64,000 nt of DNA from an uncultured delta proteobacterium (GTDB lineage Bacteria; Desulfobacterota; Desulfomonilia; UBA1062). Numbering within the stretch: the stretch's first letter is position 1; the number at the start of each line of letters is the position of its first letter. The notes beneath the pieces were generated by a model. The model worked only from the letters and a program-made list of their open reading frames with translations. It had not been told where the DNA came from and made no database searches. This document shows, in pieces, positions 26,573 to 37,905 of the stretch. Location of the stretch: positions 320,001 to 384,000 of the forward strand of contig CAWCTR010000004.1 of assembly GCA_963798485.1 (NCBI GenBank), in the 5' to 3' direction. The position numbers and the translations under genes are program-made.

Positions 26573-29500
26573 ATGAGAGAGTCAACCCCTGACCTTGGTG
26601 CGGAACAATGGAGATTTCTTGCTGCCCTGGAGGCCCTCGGCGGAGCTGTGCATATAAATATTCTCGATAAAATCGCCCCGCTCACAGCAGGACAGCTCAT
26701 CGATCTCATGAAAAAGACAGCTGACTCCGACCTGCTCCAGCAGGACAGCGATGACCTGTTTTCCCTGGACTCATCACTGTACGGGTCTGTGCAGAAAAAG
26801 ATCGCAAAAATGAATTCGAAAAAGAACCTCTCCGCCCTGGTGGACACCATCTATGCAAATAAAATAGATAAGGAACTGGACCCGCACGTTCTCACAAGTC
26901 TTCTGGAGAAGGCAGGCAGGGCCATCGAGGCCAGCAGCGTTGAATTCGATTTGGCGGATCGGGAACTGGCAAAGGGCAAAAACCTGGAGACAGCTCACAC
27001 CCACCTTCTGAGTGCCGTCAGCAGACTGAAAAGGCTGGACCTGGATCCGGATATAAGCGCTCTTTACTTATCACGTGCCTTGAAGCTTTCGAATCTCTGC
27101 TATGTCCTGGGCAGGGGAATCACTGAACTTGGCGAGATCTTGGATACAGCCCAGGCCATGGCAACCAGGCTTGGTGATAAACGTTCTCAGGCGTTAATCA
27201 ACCTCCATGTGGGCATGCTCTACTATTTCACAGGACGAAGGGACGAGGCCTTTCTGACCTTATCCGTGGGCCTGGAGAAGGTCAACGAGCTGGGCGATGA
27301 GGATATCCTTTCCCAATCCGCCGAATTCCTCGCAGTGTTCTATTTCATGAAAGGCCAGCTCCGGGATGTGATGAAACACCTGGAACATCTGGAAAACCTC
27401 GTCGACATCAATGAGGAGACCATCCAGACACTGACCTATATCCTCTTCAGCTACAGCGCACTGTACCTCGGCCAGTTCCACCGTGCCTTCGGATTCCTCG
27501 ATTCCAATCTCCGCCTGGCCGAGGAGAAATCCAACAAGGCCCTGGCTTCGGTTTTGAGGAGCGTGCTGGGCACGACGCTCATCCTGGTGAGAAAATTTCA
27601 TGAGGCCGAGTTCCATCTCAAAAAGGCCCGGCAGGAGTCCCTGGACAGCAACAATGCATTTGGATACCATTATTCCGGTGGCGGGCTTGCCCTTCTCTAT
27701 TATACGACTGGTGACCTTGATAAGAGCTATGAGGCCATGAAGGATACCGTTGAAAAAGCAGTACAGACAGGGCTCATCCAGCAGTATTCATCACCATGGA
27801 TCATCGAGATCTTTTACGAGTTCCATAAACACGGATTTGCGCCCCTCCCGCACTGGAATTATCTGGATATCATGGAAACAACCCTCAACGGGATCAACGT
27901 GCATCTGCGAGGCGTGGCGCTCCGCCTGAGGGCACGGGAGAAGATGGACCAGGGACACACGGAGAAGGGACCGTTAATGGCCGACCTCGAAGCAAGCAGG
28001 ACATGCCTCGAGCTGTCGGGAAACCATATACAGCTGGCAAAGACCATCCTCGAGATGGCGCACATCGAGCTCCTCTGCGACAACAAGGAAGCTGCGAGCG
28101 GATATGCCCAGGAGGCATGGCGTCTGTTCGGCGGACATGCAGCCGATTTCTTCCCGGACCAATATAAGACGCTCCTGGAAAAAAAGCTGCTCTCCCCGGA
28201 CATGCAGACTGCCAGGGACGATTATCTCAGGCGATATTTCGAGGAGATGACCTCCATAAAATCAAGCATGGGTCAGGAAGAAACACTGAACAAAACCATC
28301 AGGTCCACGAACCGGTTCTTCGGCGCTGAGCGGGGCGGCCTTTTCTGGTTTTCCGAGGGCAAGTATACCCGGAGCCCGGAGCTGAGGGCCGCAAGCAATC
28401 TGACAAAAGAGGAGGTGGAATCGTCACAGTTCGGACCGTATATGGAGCATGTACTCAAGGCTTTCCGTACGAACAAACCGCTGGTTGTCAGGAATGACCC
28501 TTCAGAACGCACCAGGAAGGGCGGGAAGATCCGGTCTGTCCTGTGCATCCCGGTGGAGGTGCAGGGCATGCCGCGGGGCGTCTTGTACCACGACAATTCT
28601 TACATGCAGGACGCTTTCGATTTCCTGGACCCAACTATGATGACACTCCTGGGCAGACACACATCAGACATAGTCGATTTCCTCCTGAACACCATGCGGA
28701 TCAAGGAAGAGAAAGAAAAGCTTTCCAGAGAGCGGGTTACCTCTCAGCAGGAGTTCAAGAAGCTTCAGCTCATCGCCGAATCCCGGATAATGAGAGAGCA
28801 GCTGTCCATGGCAGGACAGGTCGCCTTGACGGACACGACTGTGCTCCTCCTGGGTGAGACAGGAACCGGCAAAGGGGTGTTCGCCCGGTGGGTCCACGAA
28901 AACAGCCGCAGATTTGATGGACCTTTCATTGTGGTGGACTGCACGACAATCCCGGAGAACCTGGTGGAGAGCGAACTGTTCGGCTATGAGAAGGGGGCCT
29001 TTACCGGAGCGGACAGACAGAAGCTTGGGCGTATCGAGCTGGCGCATGACGGCACCCTCTTCCTGGACGAGATCGGCGAGCTCCCGCTTCATCTCCAGAC
29101 AAAGCTCTTGAAGACCCTGGAGGAAAAGACCTTTGTCAGGATAGGCGGCGGTCGGGCCATCAGGTCGGATTTCCGTCTTATTGCGGCCACCAATCGCAAC
29201 CTGAAGGACGAGGTGGCTGCTGGCCGTTTCCGGGAAGACCTCTATTACCGACTCAATGTCTTTCCCCTATCCATACCGCCCCTGAGGGAACGTGAAGAAG
29301 ACATCATCGAGCTGGCGAGGTATTTTGTTGATCTCTATGCGAGGAAAAACGGCAGGACCGGTCTTGAACTTTCACGGAAAGACCACCACATGCTGATAAG
29401 CTATACCTGGCCCGGCAATGTCCGGGAGCTCCAGAACGTCATCGAACGGGCGATCATCCTCTCAAAGGGCAACGAGCTTCAGATACCTCTGTTCCCGGCA

Positions 29501-29692
29501 GGACCCCATGCAGGTGTAAAGGGAACCTTCGATGACCTACCCACACTCGACGAGCTGCAGCGGCGGTATATCAGGCATATCTTCGAATACACGAAGGGCA
29601 GGGTCAGCGGGTTGGGCGGTGCGGCTGATATTCTTGGCATGAAACGCACGAGCCTTTATTCCCGCATGAAGGCGCTGGGAATGCAGAAATAG
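26573..29692 (+). CDS. Large sigma-54-dependent activator (helical/TPR-like sensor + GAF + AAA+ + HTH)
   Basis: [48 protein letters not shown]; GAF-like SVLCIPV...GVLYHDN; C-terminal GAADILGM. Confidence 0.93.
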   Translation: MRESTPDLGAEQWRFLAALEALGGAVHINILDKIAPLTAGQLIDLMKKTADSDLLQQDSDDLFSLDSSLYGSVQKKIAKMNSKKNLSALVDTIYANKIDKELDPHVLTSLLEKAGRAIEASSVEFDLADRELAKGKNLETAHTHLLSAVSRLKRLDLDPDISALYLSRALKLSNLCYVLGRGITELGEILDTAQAMATRLGDKRSQALINLHVGMLYYFTGRRDEAFLTLSVGLEKVNELGDEDILSQSAEFLAVFYFMKGQLRDVMKHLEHLENLVDINEETIQTLTYILFSYSALYLGQFHRAFGFLDSNLRLAEEKSNKALASVLRSVLGTTLILVRKFHEAEFHLKKARQESLDSNNAFGYHYSGGGLALLYYTTGDLDKSYEAMKDTVEKAVQTGLIQQYSSPWIIEIFYEFHKHGFAPLPHWNYLDIMETTLNGINVHLRGVALRLRAREKMDQGHTEKGPLMADLEASRTCLELSGNHIQLAKTILEMAHIELLCDNKEAASGYAQEAWRLFGGHAADFFPDQYKTLLEKKLLSPDMQTARDDYLRRYFEEMTSIKSSMGQEETLNKTIRSTNRFFGAERGGLFWFSEGKYTRSPELRAASNLTKEEVESSQFGPYMEHVLKAFRTNKPLVVRNDPSERTRKGGKIRSVLCIPVEVQGMPRGVLYHDNSYMQDAFDFLDPTMMTLLGRHTSDIVDFLLNTMRIKEEKEKLSRERVTSQQEFKKLQLIAESRIMREQLSMAGQVALTDTTVLLLGETGTGKGVFARWVHENSRRFDGPFIVVDCTTIPENLVESELFGYEKGAFTGADRQKLGRIELAHDGTLFLDEIGELPLHLQTKLLKTLEEKTFVRIGGGRAIRSDFRLIAATNRNLKDEVAAGRFREDLYYRLNVFPLSIPPLREREEDIIELARYFVDLYARKNGRTGLELSRKDHHMLISYTWPGNVRELQNVIERAIILSKGNELQIPLFPAGPHAGVKGTFDDLPTLDELQRRYIRHIFEYTKGRVSGLGGAADILGMKRTSLYSRMKALGMQK

Positions 29693-30052
29693 AATTCTAC
29701 TCACAAAATCACATTATAAACAGCAATTTCCCAGCATGGAAAAGCATAGATTCATGCCATTTGTTATGGTTATCCCAAAGCGTTGATTCCGATAAATGAT
29801 CGTTTTCAATATGGCCTGAAAAGTATATGTTCTCGGATGTAATTTATACTTGGTCAGATCGCATATCAAAGTCCACAGTATGGAACGTTTACTATCCTAT
29901 GAAGCGAAAAATAATTTGTGCTTACAGCCCCATGTATCTCCCAGTCTCGGCAAGGCAGTTTTGTTTTTGCATAAAATCTCTGTTGCCACCGGGTTCAAAG
30001 CAAGTTAACTTTACCGACAATTGCAACTAAACAGATCAGGAGGTTTACAAGA

Positions 30053-30481
30053 ATGAAGCAATACAGCAAAATTGTAGCGTTAATTATTTTGGTTGCGTTT
30101 CTTGCTGTCCCCTCCTTTGCCGCACAGGATGCAAAGAAGACAGTGACAACCAAATCCGGCCTCAAATATGTCGATGTTGTTGTCGGCAAGGGTGCATCAC
30201 CAACTGTGGGTAAACAGGTCACGGTGCATTACACCGGGACACTTGAAAACGGCACAAAGTTTGACAGTTCTGTTGATCGCAAAGAGCCGTTCTCGTTCAC
30301 TATCGGTGTCGGCCAGGTTATCCCGGGATGGGATGAGGGGGTCATGTCTATGAAAGTCGGCGGCAAACGCAAGCTGATTATCCCTCCCAATCTCGGCTAT
30401 GGCGCACGGGGAGCCGGCGGAGTTATCCCCCCGAATGCCACCCTGCTGTTTGATGTTGAACTGCTCGACGTCGCAAAGTAA
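30053..30481 (+). CDS. FKBP-type peptidyl-prolyl isomerase, exported
   Basis: Signal peptide; [34 protein letters not shown]. Confidence 0.95.
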   Translation: MKQYSKIVALIILVAFLAVPSFAAQDAKKTVTTKSGLKYVDVVVGKGASPTVGKQVTVHYTGTLENGTKFDSSVDRKEPFSFTIGVGQVIPGWDEGVMSMKVGGKRKLIIPPNLGYGARGAGGVIPPNATLLFDVELLDVAK

Positions 30482-30557
30482 TCCCCCCTCACATCGCATT
30501 ACTATCTGATAGTCCGCGCGATCGGGTGGTTTTTTTAAGACTCATTGGAGTTGGTCA

Positions 30558-31028
30558 ATGACGAATCTGATTTCTGCAGATGGCTTGAAGAAACTGCGTG
30601 ATGAATATGACTACCTCTGGAAAGTGGAACGCCCTAAGGTTGTGCAGGGGGTTGCCGACGCCGCAGCTGAAGGTGACCGTTCGGAGAATGCGGAATACAT
30701 CTACGGTAAAAAGAGGTTGCACGAGATTGACCGCAAACTGAAACACCTCGGTTCTCGCCTAAAGGTGCTGAAAGTGGCCGTTCCTCCTCCAAACCCGACG
30801 ATGGTTTCATTCGGATGTTGGGTCACGTATACAGAGGAGACAGGGGATGAACGCTGTTATCAACTCGTCGGCCCTGAGGAGATAGATGTCGGTATCGGCA
30901 GGATCAGTATCGATTCACCTATCGGTCAGGCGCTGTTGCACAAAAAGCTTGATGATGAAGTAGTTTTTCATAAGCCTAACGGCAAGATAACGGCTTATAT
31001 TACCGGGATATATTCTTCTCGGCCGTAA
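30558..31028 (+). CDS. greB: Transcription elongation factor GreB
   Basis: LWKVERP, AAAEGDRSENAEYIYGKKRL, ISIDSPIG. Confidence 0.9.
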   Translation: MTNLISADGLKKLRDEYDYLWKVERPKVVQGVADAAAEGDRSENAEYIYGKKRLHEIDRKLKHLGSRLKVLKVAVPPPNPTMVSFGCWVTYTEETGDERCYQLVGPEEIDVGIGRISIDSPIGQALLHKKLDDEVVFHKPNGKITAYITGIYSSRP

Positions 31029-31104
31029 TCGATCATCTCCTTATGCAAATAAGGCGTTCCTGCACGTACATCCGATACCTAGGCCCTTCTGGTACAAGTG
31101 TTTC

Positions 31105-32274
31105 TCACATCATTTCAAGCATAGCCTCCACCCGCGTGCGGATCTGGCGTACATCTCCATCCGAGTAGTCGGTATCTATCTTCAGGAAAGGAAGGTTATG
31201 CCGGGTCTTTACGTGCTCACCGACCTTATAGGATTCCACATTATAACTGTGGCATGCATGAAGGATCACATCGATGAGCGCATCGGGCTTGAAGCGCTTG
31301 ATGAGCCTGTCGAGCTGATCTAGGCGCCTTGTATTCGGCGACATGCATGAGCAGGGCAGTTTCAGGTACCGCTCGGCCAACGCAGTAATGGGGTTATCCG
31401 AATCTTCTTCGATGGTATCCAGGAAGGCCTTCATGCCGGTGCAATTATCAATTGCCACAATAGCCCCGCCTGCCTCTTCGATGACCGTAAACACCTTGGC
31501 GGCATCGCCGCCCACCGGACACCCGGTAACGAGAATTCGGGGTGCACCCGGCTTCCCGACGCCTATGCCGTCTTTTTTACGTTTCTCCAGGGCCTCGATA
31601 CAGCTGATAAGGAGCGGCTTGATATCAACAAAGCTTGCCGGCTGGGCAAGGAAGGTAAGGTCGTACATCTCCTGCCAGGTGATGAGGGAGGGTGTGTGTG
31701 CAGCATACTCGAAGATCCGGTCCATCATGGAATTCTTCCGGTTCGAGTCCTTGATGGCCGACTCGATTGCCCTGTCTGTAATCGTTTTGTTGAAGGTCTT
31801 TTCCAGGAAGCGTTTAAGCTTTCTGATCACGGCCGCCCAGTTTTCTCCGGCCTCTGCCTCATCCGGCATCTGGGGGAGGTCCATGACAAACATGGGTTTT
31901 CTGTCTGCAATGAGCTCGAACATCTTCTTCTTTCCATCGCAGGTCGTCTCTGCCACGACTGCATCTGAAAGGGCGAAGAACGGGCAGGTGTCTGTTATGA
32001 TATAGCCGTAGCTTGATTTGATAAGCGGGCACAGATTTCCGGGCAGCACTGCCTCGGAGGCCTCAATGGTGCTGTTCGAAAAGGCGCACAGCACCGCAGG
32101 CACAGCATCCATGGCCCTGATGAGTTCAAAAGGGGCATACCCGCAGTAGGCACCCACCACGTTTTTGCCCTGCTCCCGCTTGGATTGAACATATGCAAGG
32201 GCCCGCTTGCTCGGTGCGCCTCTATATTGATCATTGATAAGTGGTTCCCACACTGTCATGGCCTCTGAAGACAT
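31105..32274 (-). CDS. 2-hydroxyacyl-CoA dehydratase family / double-cubane-cluster-type protein
   Basis: YCGYAP, LCPLIKSSYG, CPFF, ETTCDGKKK, NCTG, CSCMSPN, CHSYNVE, DTDYS. Confidence 0.82.
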   Translation of the reverse strand: MSSEAMTVWEPLINDQYRGAPSKRALAYVQSKREQGKNVVGAYCGYAPFELIRAMDAVPAVLCAFSNSTIEASEAVLPGNLCPLIKSSYGYIITDTCPFFALSDAVVAETTCDGKKKMFELIADRKPMFVMDLPQMPDEAEAGENWAAVIRKLKRFLEKTFNKTITDRAIESAIKDSNRKNSMMDRIFEYAAHTPSLITWQEMYDLTFLAQPASFVDIKPLLISCIEALEKRKKDGIGVGKPGAPRILVTGCPVGGDAAKVFTVIEEAGGAIVAIDNCTGMKAFLDTIEEDSDNPITALAERYLKLPCSCMSPNTRRLDQLDRLIKRFKPDALIDVILHACHSYNVESYKVGEHVKTRHNLPFLKIDTDYSDGDVRQIRTRVEAMLEMM

Positions 32275-32410
32275 TGCACTCTCCCTCCCTTGTCAAAACC
32301 TAAGGGGCATCATATGCAATAGCTTTCGAGAGATCAAATAGGGAGAAGTTATAGAACGTGCCCGGCCATTCCTAAAGCTTATGGCTTATATCGAATAATT
32401 CCTGACCTTT

Positions 32411-33646
32411 TTAAAATTCCGTAAGCCCTGGCCCGACAACACCCTTGAGGTAGCCCTGTATGATGCCCATTGCCCGCTCGAAATCCGTGCGGGAAGGTGT
32501 CAGCAAAGAGAGCCTAATATAGTCTGACCAAAGCGATCCATAGATGTCTCCCGGGGTAATCCTGATACCTTGCACAAGGAGTTTTTCCTGGCTGATGCGG
32601 CTGGGTACCGATGTCTTTAACCACAGGCATGGGCCGTTTGTGGTCCAGGTTGTGGCCTGAGACAGGTAGGCCAGGCGTGTTCTCAGCTCTGTCTTGAGCC
32701 GCCTGACGTGCTCTTCCAGATCGGAAGAATCGAGCATGGCAAAAAGGCATCGCTGGAGTATGCCTGAGAGCGAGAGGTCGTTGATCTCCTTGAAGTGGAT
32801 GAAGCGGGAGTACATTAGGCTCGGAACCACGGCAAACCCGATGCGCAGGCCAGGTCCCAGGATATTGGAAAGACTCTTGATATAAACGACCCTCTCATGG
32901 GTATCCCGGACCTTCAACGGGGCAATGCCGACAACCTCGGAGAGCGGATCGTCCTCGATGATGAAGAAATCTTTCTTACGGGCGATTTCCAGGAGCCTGT
33001 CCCTTAGGTCATCGGGGATGGATCCGCCTGTCGGGATGTGTCCCTGGGGCATGGTGTAGAACAACCGGATACCAAGGGTGCTCAGCCGGTCAAGGTCCTT
33101 TTGGCTTGAGATATAGGGCACGGTCTTGACAATGGCCCCAAGGGATTCAAAGATCCGTACCGCACCCCTATAGCCCGGGTCTTCCACTGCAACGACATCG
33201 CCTTTTTTTAATAGCGCAAGCCCGACCAGGAAAAGGGCCTGCTGGGACCCGGCAGTGATAATAGGGGTATGATCGATGCCCAGGGATATCATCCATTTCC
33301 TTGCCTGCTGCCTCAAGGGTTCATAACCCTGCGGGGGGTCATAGGTATGGAGGCCATCAATGGTAATGTTCAGATGCTTGCCTACCCACAGCATCAGCTC
33401 TTCGGGCGGGCGGATGGTCGCCAGGTCAATGATACCTCCGGAAGAACCGTAAGCGACAAAGGTGCCCACCCCCTGGCGGCTTATCACGAGGCCTTTTCCC
33501 ATGAGGTGCTGATACACGTTTCTTGCCGTGACAAGGCTTATGTTCTCTTGCTTTGACAGTTCCCTCACCCCCGGCAGGCGATCTCCGGGCCTCTTTCTCT
33601 TCAGGATATCGCCGGCAAGCCTCTCGGCCACCTCTTTGTACCTCAC
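32411..33646 (-). CDS. pdxR: MocR/GabR-family regulator, probable PdxR
   Basis: GntR wHTH (RLPGVRELS...GVGTFV) plus aminotransferase-like domain (EDPGY, IIEDD, PGLRIG); divergent from pdxST. Confidence 0.8.
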   Translation of the reverse strand: MRYKEVAERLAGDILKRKRPGDRLPGVRELSKQENISLVTARNVYQHLMGKGLVISRQGVGTFVAYGSSGGIIDLATIRPPEELMLWVGKHLNITIDGLHTYDPPQGYEPLRQQARKWMISLGIDHTPIITAGSQQALFLVGLALLKKGDVVAVEDPGYRGAVRIFESLGAIVKTVPYISSQKDLDRLSTLGIRLFYTMPQGHIPTGGSIPDDLRDRLLEIARKKDFFIIEDDPLSEVVGIAPLKVRDTHERVVYIKSLSNILGPGLRIGFAVVPSLMYSRFIHFKEINDLSLSGILQRCLFAMLDSSDLEEHVRRLKTELRTRLAYLSQATTWTTNGPCLWLKTSVPSRISQEKLLVQGIRITPGDIYGSLWSDYIRLSLLTPSRTDFERAMGIIQGYLKGVVGPGLTEF

Positions 33647-33677
33647 CACACTCCTCCTTGACTTTATTGAGAATAAG

Positions 33678-33720
33678 TATAACATTAATTAAGATAAAGA
33701 GTATATTGTTATATAACAAT
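33678..33720. promoter_or_regulatory. Candidate PdxR operator
   Basis: Two direct TATAACA repeats plus one inverted copy; perfect palindrome ATTGTTATATAACAAT at 33705-33720. Confidence 0.5.
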
Positions 33721-33733
33721 AAGGAGAGAGAAC

Positions 33734-34621
33734 ATGGGTGGATTATCGGAACGAATTCTCGTAAACAGGGGGCTTGCCCAGATGCTCAAGGGCGGCGTGA
33801 TTATGGATGTTACAAACGCAGACCAGGCCAGGATTGCCGAAGATTCCGGCGCTGTTTCGGTAATGGCTCTGGAGAGGGTGCCTGCGGATATCCGGGTTCA
33901 GGGCGGTGTTGCACGGATGAGTGACCCCCTTATCATCAAAGGCATCAAAGAGGCGGTAACCATACCGGTCATGGCAAAGGTCAGGATCGGTCACATTGTT
34001 GAGGCCCAGATCCTTGAGGCCCTTGAAATCGACTATATAGACGAAAGCGAGGTATTGACGCCTGCCGATGAGGAACACCATATCAATAAGCAGGCCTTCA
34101 GGATCCCGTTTGTTTGCGGTTGCCGCGACCTGGGTGAGGCCTCACGAAGGATCGCCGAAGGTGCAAGTATGATCAGGACCAAGGGAGAAGCCGGTACCGG
34201 CAATGTTGTAGAGGCTGTCCGGCATATGCGGACCCTCATGAAGCAGATACGCGAGCTGTGCTCCATGAGTGAAGACGAGGTCTTCAGTTATGCAAAAGGC
34301 CTTGGTGCCCCGCATCAAGTCCTCATGGAAATCCGGGAGCTCAAGGGTTTGCCGGTTGTGAACTTCGCAGCCGGAGGCATCGCCACCCCGGCGGATGCCG
34401 CGCTCATGATGCAGCTCGGGGCTGACGGTGTGTTTGTGGGCTCAGGCATCTTCAAATCATCCGATCCCGCAAAACGGGCCAGGGCCATTGTTGAGGCCGT
34501 GGCCCATTATGAAGACCCTGCATGGATTGCGCGCGTATCCGAAGGTCTGGGTGATGCCATACCGGGCCTTGATGTCAGAACCATGCCGGATGAAGAGCGG
34601 CTTGCCAAACGAGGATGGTAA
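33734..34621 (+). CDS. pdxS: Pyridoxal 5'-phosphate synthase lyase subunit
   Basis: [41 protein letters not shown]-terminal RGW. Confidence 0.97.
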   Translation: MGGLSERILVNRGLAQMLKGGVIMDVTNADQARIAEDSGAVSVMALERVPADIRVQGGVARMSDPLIIKGIKEAVTIPVMAKVRIGHIVEAQILEALEIDYIDESEVLTPADEEHHINKQAFRIPFVCGCRDLGEASRRIAEGASMIRTKGEAGTGNVVEAVRHMRTLMKQIRELCSMSEDEVFSYAKGLGAPHQVLMEIRELKGLPVVNFAAGGIATPADAALMMQLGADGVFVGSGIFKSSDPAKRARAIVEAVAHYEDPAWIARVSEGLGDAIPGLDVRTMPDEERLAKRGW

Positions 34622-35199
34622 TGATAATCGGGATCCTTGCGCTCCAGGGCAACATCCGCGAGCACAGATTAAACCTCGAGCGTCATGGCGTACTTTGCCG
34701 GTGTATCCGGACCCCCTTTGAGCTTGATGGGATTGACGGACTTATTCTTCCCGGCGGAGAAAGTACGGCCATGAGAAAGCTCATCGTGTCTTCAGGGCTC
34801 AAAGAACCTGTGCAGGGCCTGATCCGGCAAGGATTACCCGTCTGGGGCACCTGTGCGGGCGTCATCCTTCTTGCAAAGGGAGGCATATGGCAGAGCGTGG
34901 ATATTGAGGTTCAAAGAAATGCTTATGGCTCCCAGGTTTATAGCAGGGCTGCAAAGGGGAGATCGATTATAACGGATAGAGAGTTCTCCATGGTGTTCAT
35001 CCGTGCGCCACGGATTTGCTCTATCCCGGCAGATGCCCTGATCCTTGCCGAGTTCGATGGCGACTTCGTGGCCGTTCGCTGCAACAATATCCTGCTCACC
35101 ACGTTCCACCCTGAGCTTGCGGAAGACAGCCCTTTCACTGAATATTTTCTCGATATGGCCATGAATAACAACTCTTTCACCCAGTGTCTTGCACCCTGA
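34621..35199 (+). CDS. pdxT: PLP synthase glutaminase subunit
   Basis: GILALQG, PGGEST, GTCAG, FIRAP, FHPEL; TAATG overlap with pdxS. Confidence 0.95.
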   Translation: MIIGILALQGNIREHRLNLERHGVLCRCIRTPFELDGIDGLILPGGESTAMRKLIVSSGLKEPVQGLIRQGLPVWGTCAGVILLAKGGIWQSVDIEVQRNAYGSQVYSRAAKGRSIITDREFSMVFIRAPRICSIPADALILAEFDGDFVAVRCNNILLTTFHPELAEDSPFTEYFLDMAMNNNSFTQCLAP

Positions 35200-35201
35200 G
35201 T

Positions 35202-36146
35202 CTAGCGTGTTTCATTAAAAAAACGCCAGGCCTCTTGAGCCGTATCCATGTCCCGGCTCACCCTGCCCACAAGAAATTCGGGCAGATACTGCGATCCTGA
35301 AGGGACGGTATGACCGCCGCCATGTATGATATAGAGGCACACCCTCGAGCCGGGCCAGGAAAGGCGCTCGATAAGTGTCTCATCAGCCGGGTCACGGTCA
35401 GGCATCTGCTCAACCTTGGGGTGTTGTTCGCGGTCTTCGGGCTTCAGCCAGGCGTGGGCGGATTCCATGGAAGACACCACCTCTCCTTTTGAGAACACAT
35501 AGAAAAGCCTTACCATGCCCCCTTCAAAAGGGTTGATGGGGTCATCTGTCCCGTTCACTATCATCACAGGAATGCCTGCGTGCGGGGCCGCGCACTTTGA
35601 ATTGCCGCTCGCGGGCATGCTGGCCCCGATTACGACAATGCCTGCTATCCTGTTACGAATTTCAGTGGCGAGACGGAAGCACATGTGGCCTCCGTTTGAC
35701 AGGCCCACTGCATAGACCTTTTTCTGGTCTGCATGCCACTTTGTGCAGCAGGCCTCGATGAGCTTGGTTATAAACCCTACATCATCGATGTTCTTGGTGT
35801 GGGCATCATCCTTTGGTACGGTTCGGCAGTCGTTCCAATACGTCTGATACCCGTCCGGGTAGACCACAATACACTTCTCTTTCTCGGCAAGGCGCTCGAA
35901 CTGATCCCCGCATATCTCCCTCATCTTCTTGCCCGTACCCCTGGATCCATGCAGTGCTATGATCAGCGACGGGGCCGAGAGCTCCCCTGAGGGGATGTAT
36001 GCAAGGTAAGTTCGATCCATCCCGCCCATCGAGAGGGTCTCCTCTATGACCTTACCCGGTAATTCCGGCTCTGCTGCATGGAGATAGTTCCCAGTGAAAA
36101 ACGCGGCTACTATGATTAAGTGAGTGAACAAATGACGGTAGTGCAT
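35202..36146 (-). CDS. Exported alpha/beta hydrolase (PHB depolymerase/LpqC-like esterase)
   Basis: Signal peptide; ALHG, VYPDG, DDVGFI, GLSNGG nucleophile elbow, GTDDP, GGGH. Confidence 0.85.
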   Translation of the reverse strand: MHYRHLFTHLIIVAAFFTGNYLHAAEPELPGKVIEETLSMGGMDRTYLAYIPSGELSAPSLIIALHGSRGTGKKMREICGDQFERLAEKEKCIVVYPDGYQTYWNDCRTVPKDDAHTKNIDDVGFITKLIEACCTKWHADQKKVYAVGLSNGGHMCFRLATEIRNRIAGIVVIGASMPASGNSKCAAPHAGIPVMIVNGTDDPINPFEGGMVRLFYVFSKGEVVSSMESAHAWLKPEDREQHPKVEQMPDRDPADETLIERLSWPGSRVCLYIIHGGGHTVPSGSQYLPEFLVGRVSRDMDTAQEAWRFFNETR

Positions 36147-36295
36147 ACGTGCCCCCTGTTTTTTCTGTATGAGAAAAGAGTACAGATATAACAATCCATT
36201 TGTGTGTCTATGGTAATACCCCAATCCACGTTTCAATTGAAGCAAAATCCATATGACTGTTGACATCCTCGTGCCTTCAACCACATAGATACAGA

Positions 36296-36586
36296 ATGAA
36301 TTCCCTGGTTGTGAGATGTACCTTCTGCGGGAAGCGGCACCTGCTGGATATCGAAGACCTGGATTTCTGGTATGAAGAATGTGGATGCGGTGCCTGCGGG
36401 TTCGTTCAGGACGAGTTAGAGCTTGATGAGAGCGGGCATAAGGGTGTTGGGTTTATTGTGCATGAAGTTCCGAACATTTTCGGTACGTTTGTCCACCTGG
36501 CCGACCCTCTCCCTGTCTTTGTAAATGAGAGGGGTTGTTGGGTGTATGTCTGTTGGTATAAAAAAGATAGCAGACATTATGTCTAA
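36296..36586 (+). CDS. Small Cys-rich hypothetical protein (possible zinc ribbon)
   Basis: CTFC...CGCGAC; fills the gap between two genes. Confidence 0.5.
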   Translation: MNSLVVRCTFCGKRHLLDIEDLDFWYEECGCGACGFVQDELELDESGHKGVGFIVHEVPNIFGTFVHLADPLPVFVNERGCWVYVCWYKKDSRHYV

Positions 36587-36652
36587 GTTCTTAGGCCGCA
36601 TGCCACCTTATTTTTAAGGTGTTGCGCAATTCTTTTGTTAAGGAGGACCTTG

Positions 36653-37807
36653 ATGACCAAAAGAGTTCTCAGGACAAAACTATGCGACATGCTGGGTATC
36701 GAATACCCTATTGTATGCGCAGGTATGGGCCCGGTTCTCATCGGCGAGCAGGCAGGTTCGCCTGTGGATCTCGTGGTGGCCGTGTCTGAAGCGGGCGGAC
36801 TCGGTGTGCTTGGCGGCAGCGGGTTTACCGTGGATGAGCTTAGGAAGGCCATCCGCAATATCAGGGCGCGCACAGGCAACCCTTTCGGCGTGGACCTCCT
36901 GCTGCCTAGGAATGTGGTTGAGGGCAAGGGAGTTGATTACGGCGATATCAAGGAGATCCCCCTGAGTGCGGCATTAAAGACCCTGCCCAAGCCTCACCAG
37001 GACTGGATAAGCAAGGTAAGAACCGAACTGGGATTGCCCGGGGTGGAAGTCATGGTGAAGCTCAATACCACTACGATGCGGCCCCTTGATGCCGTGAAGG
37101 TGTGTATCGAAGAGAAGGTCCCCCTTTTCTGCGCAGGACTGGGGAATCCGGGCTTCATGGTGGAGGAGGCACATGCGAACGGCATCAAGGTGCTCGCCAT
37201 CACCGGCAATGTGAAAAATGCCGTGCGCATGGTGGAAGCCGGGATTGACCTGCTCGTGGCCCAGGGATTTGAAGGCGGGGGCCATACAGGCAGGATAGGT
37301 ACCATGGCGCTGCTGCCCGGGGCATTGGATGCGGCAGGCAACGTCCCGGTGCTTGCAGCCGGTGGCATCGGCGACGGCAGAGGTCTTGCTGCCGCCCTTG
37401 CCATGGGGTGTGCGGGTGTCTGGGTGGGTACCAGGTTCCTGGCAACGAATGAGGGTGGCGCATTGGAGGTGAACAAACGGCGTATCCTTTCTTCCACTGA
37501 AGAAGACACCCGTGTGAGTTATGCAATAACGGGAAAGACATCACGGACGAGCTACAGCCTGTTCCATGATTTGTGGAACTCATCCGGACTTGAGCCGCTC
37601 CCATTCCCCATGCAGGTGCTGGTCTCTTCAGCCCTGTTCGCAGATTTAGTAGAGAACGGCAAAGACGAGTACATGGGTGGCTTTGCAGGTCAGGTCTCGG
37701 GTATAATCCATGATATCAAGCCTGCCAAGCAGGTGGTGGAAGATATGGTTGATGAGGCTGCCGACATACTTACCCGGGGGCTGCCGGAACGAGTGAAGGT
37801 GCAGTAA
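36653..37807 (+). CDS. Nitronate monooxygenase/FabK-like FMN oxidoreductase
   Basis: PIVCAGMG, AGGLGVLG, AQGFEGGGH, AAGGIGDGRG, GTRF; AAGGAGG RBS. Confidence 0.9.
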   Translation: MTKRVLRTKLCDMLGIEYPIVCAGMGPVLIGEQAGSPVDLVVAVSEAGGLGVLGGSGFTVDELRKAIRNIRARTGNPFGVDLLLPRNVVEGKGVDYGDIKEIPLSAALKTLPKPHQDWISKVRTELGLPGVEVMVKLNTTTMRPLDAVKVCIEEKVPLFCAGLGNPGFMVEEAHANGIKVLAITGNVKNAVRMVEAGIDLLVAQGFEGGGHTGRIGTMALLPGALDAAGNVPVLAAGGIGDGRGLAAALAMGCAGVWVGTRFLATNEGGALEVNKRRILSSTEEDTRVSYAITGKTSRTSYSLFHDLWNSSGLEPLPFPMQVLVSSALFADLVENGKDEYMGGFAGQVSGIIHDIKPAKQVVEDMVDEAADILTRGLPERVKVQ

Positions 37808-37864
37808 ATAAGTGAAGGGACATATAAGAAAAGGCCAGTAGGGTCTAAGGTGAGCTGAAACAAG

Positions 37865-37895
37865 AAGGCCCCGTCTTGCTAAAAGACGGGGCCTT
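37865..37895. terminator. Probable bidirectional terminator between convergent genes
   Basis: AAGGCCCCGTCTT-N5-AAGACGGGGCCTT perfect stem. Confidence 0.75.
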
Positions 37896-37905
37896 GTATT
37901 ACTTA

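Noticed and set aside
29740-29760. Sigma-54-like TGGCATGAATCTATGC (similar look-alikes near 39795 and 46160)
   Set aside because: Wrong GG-to-GC spacing or no -12 box, and no suitably oriented gene.
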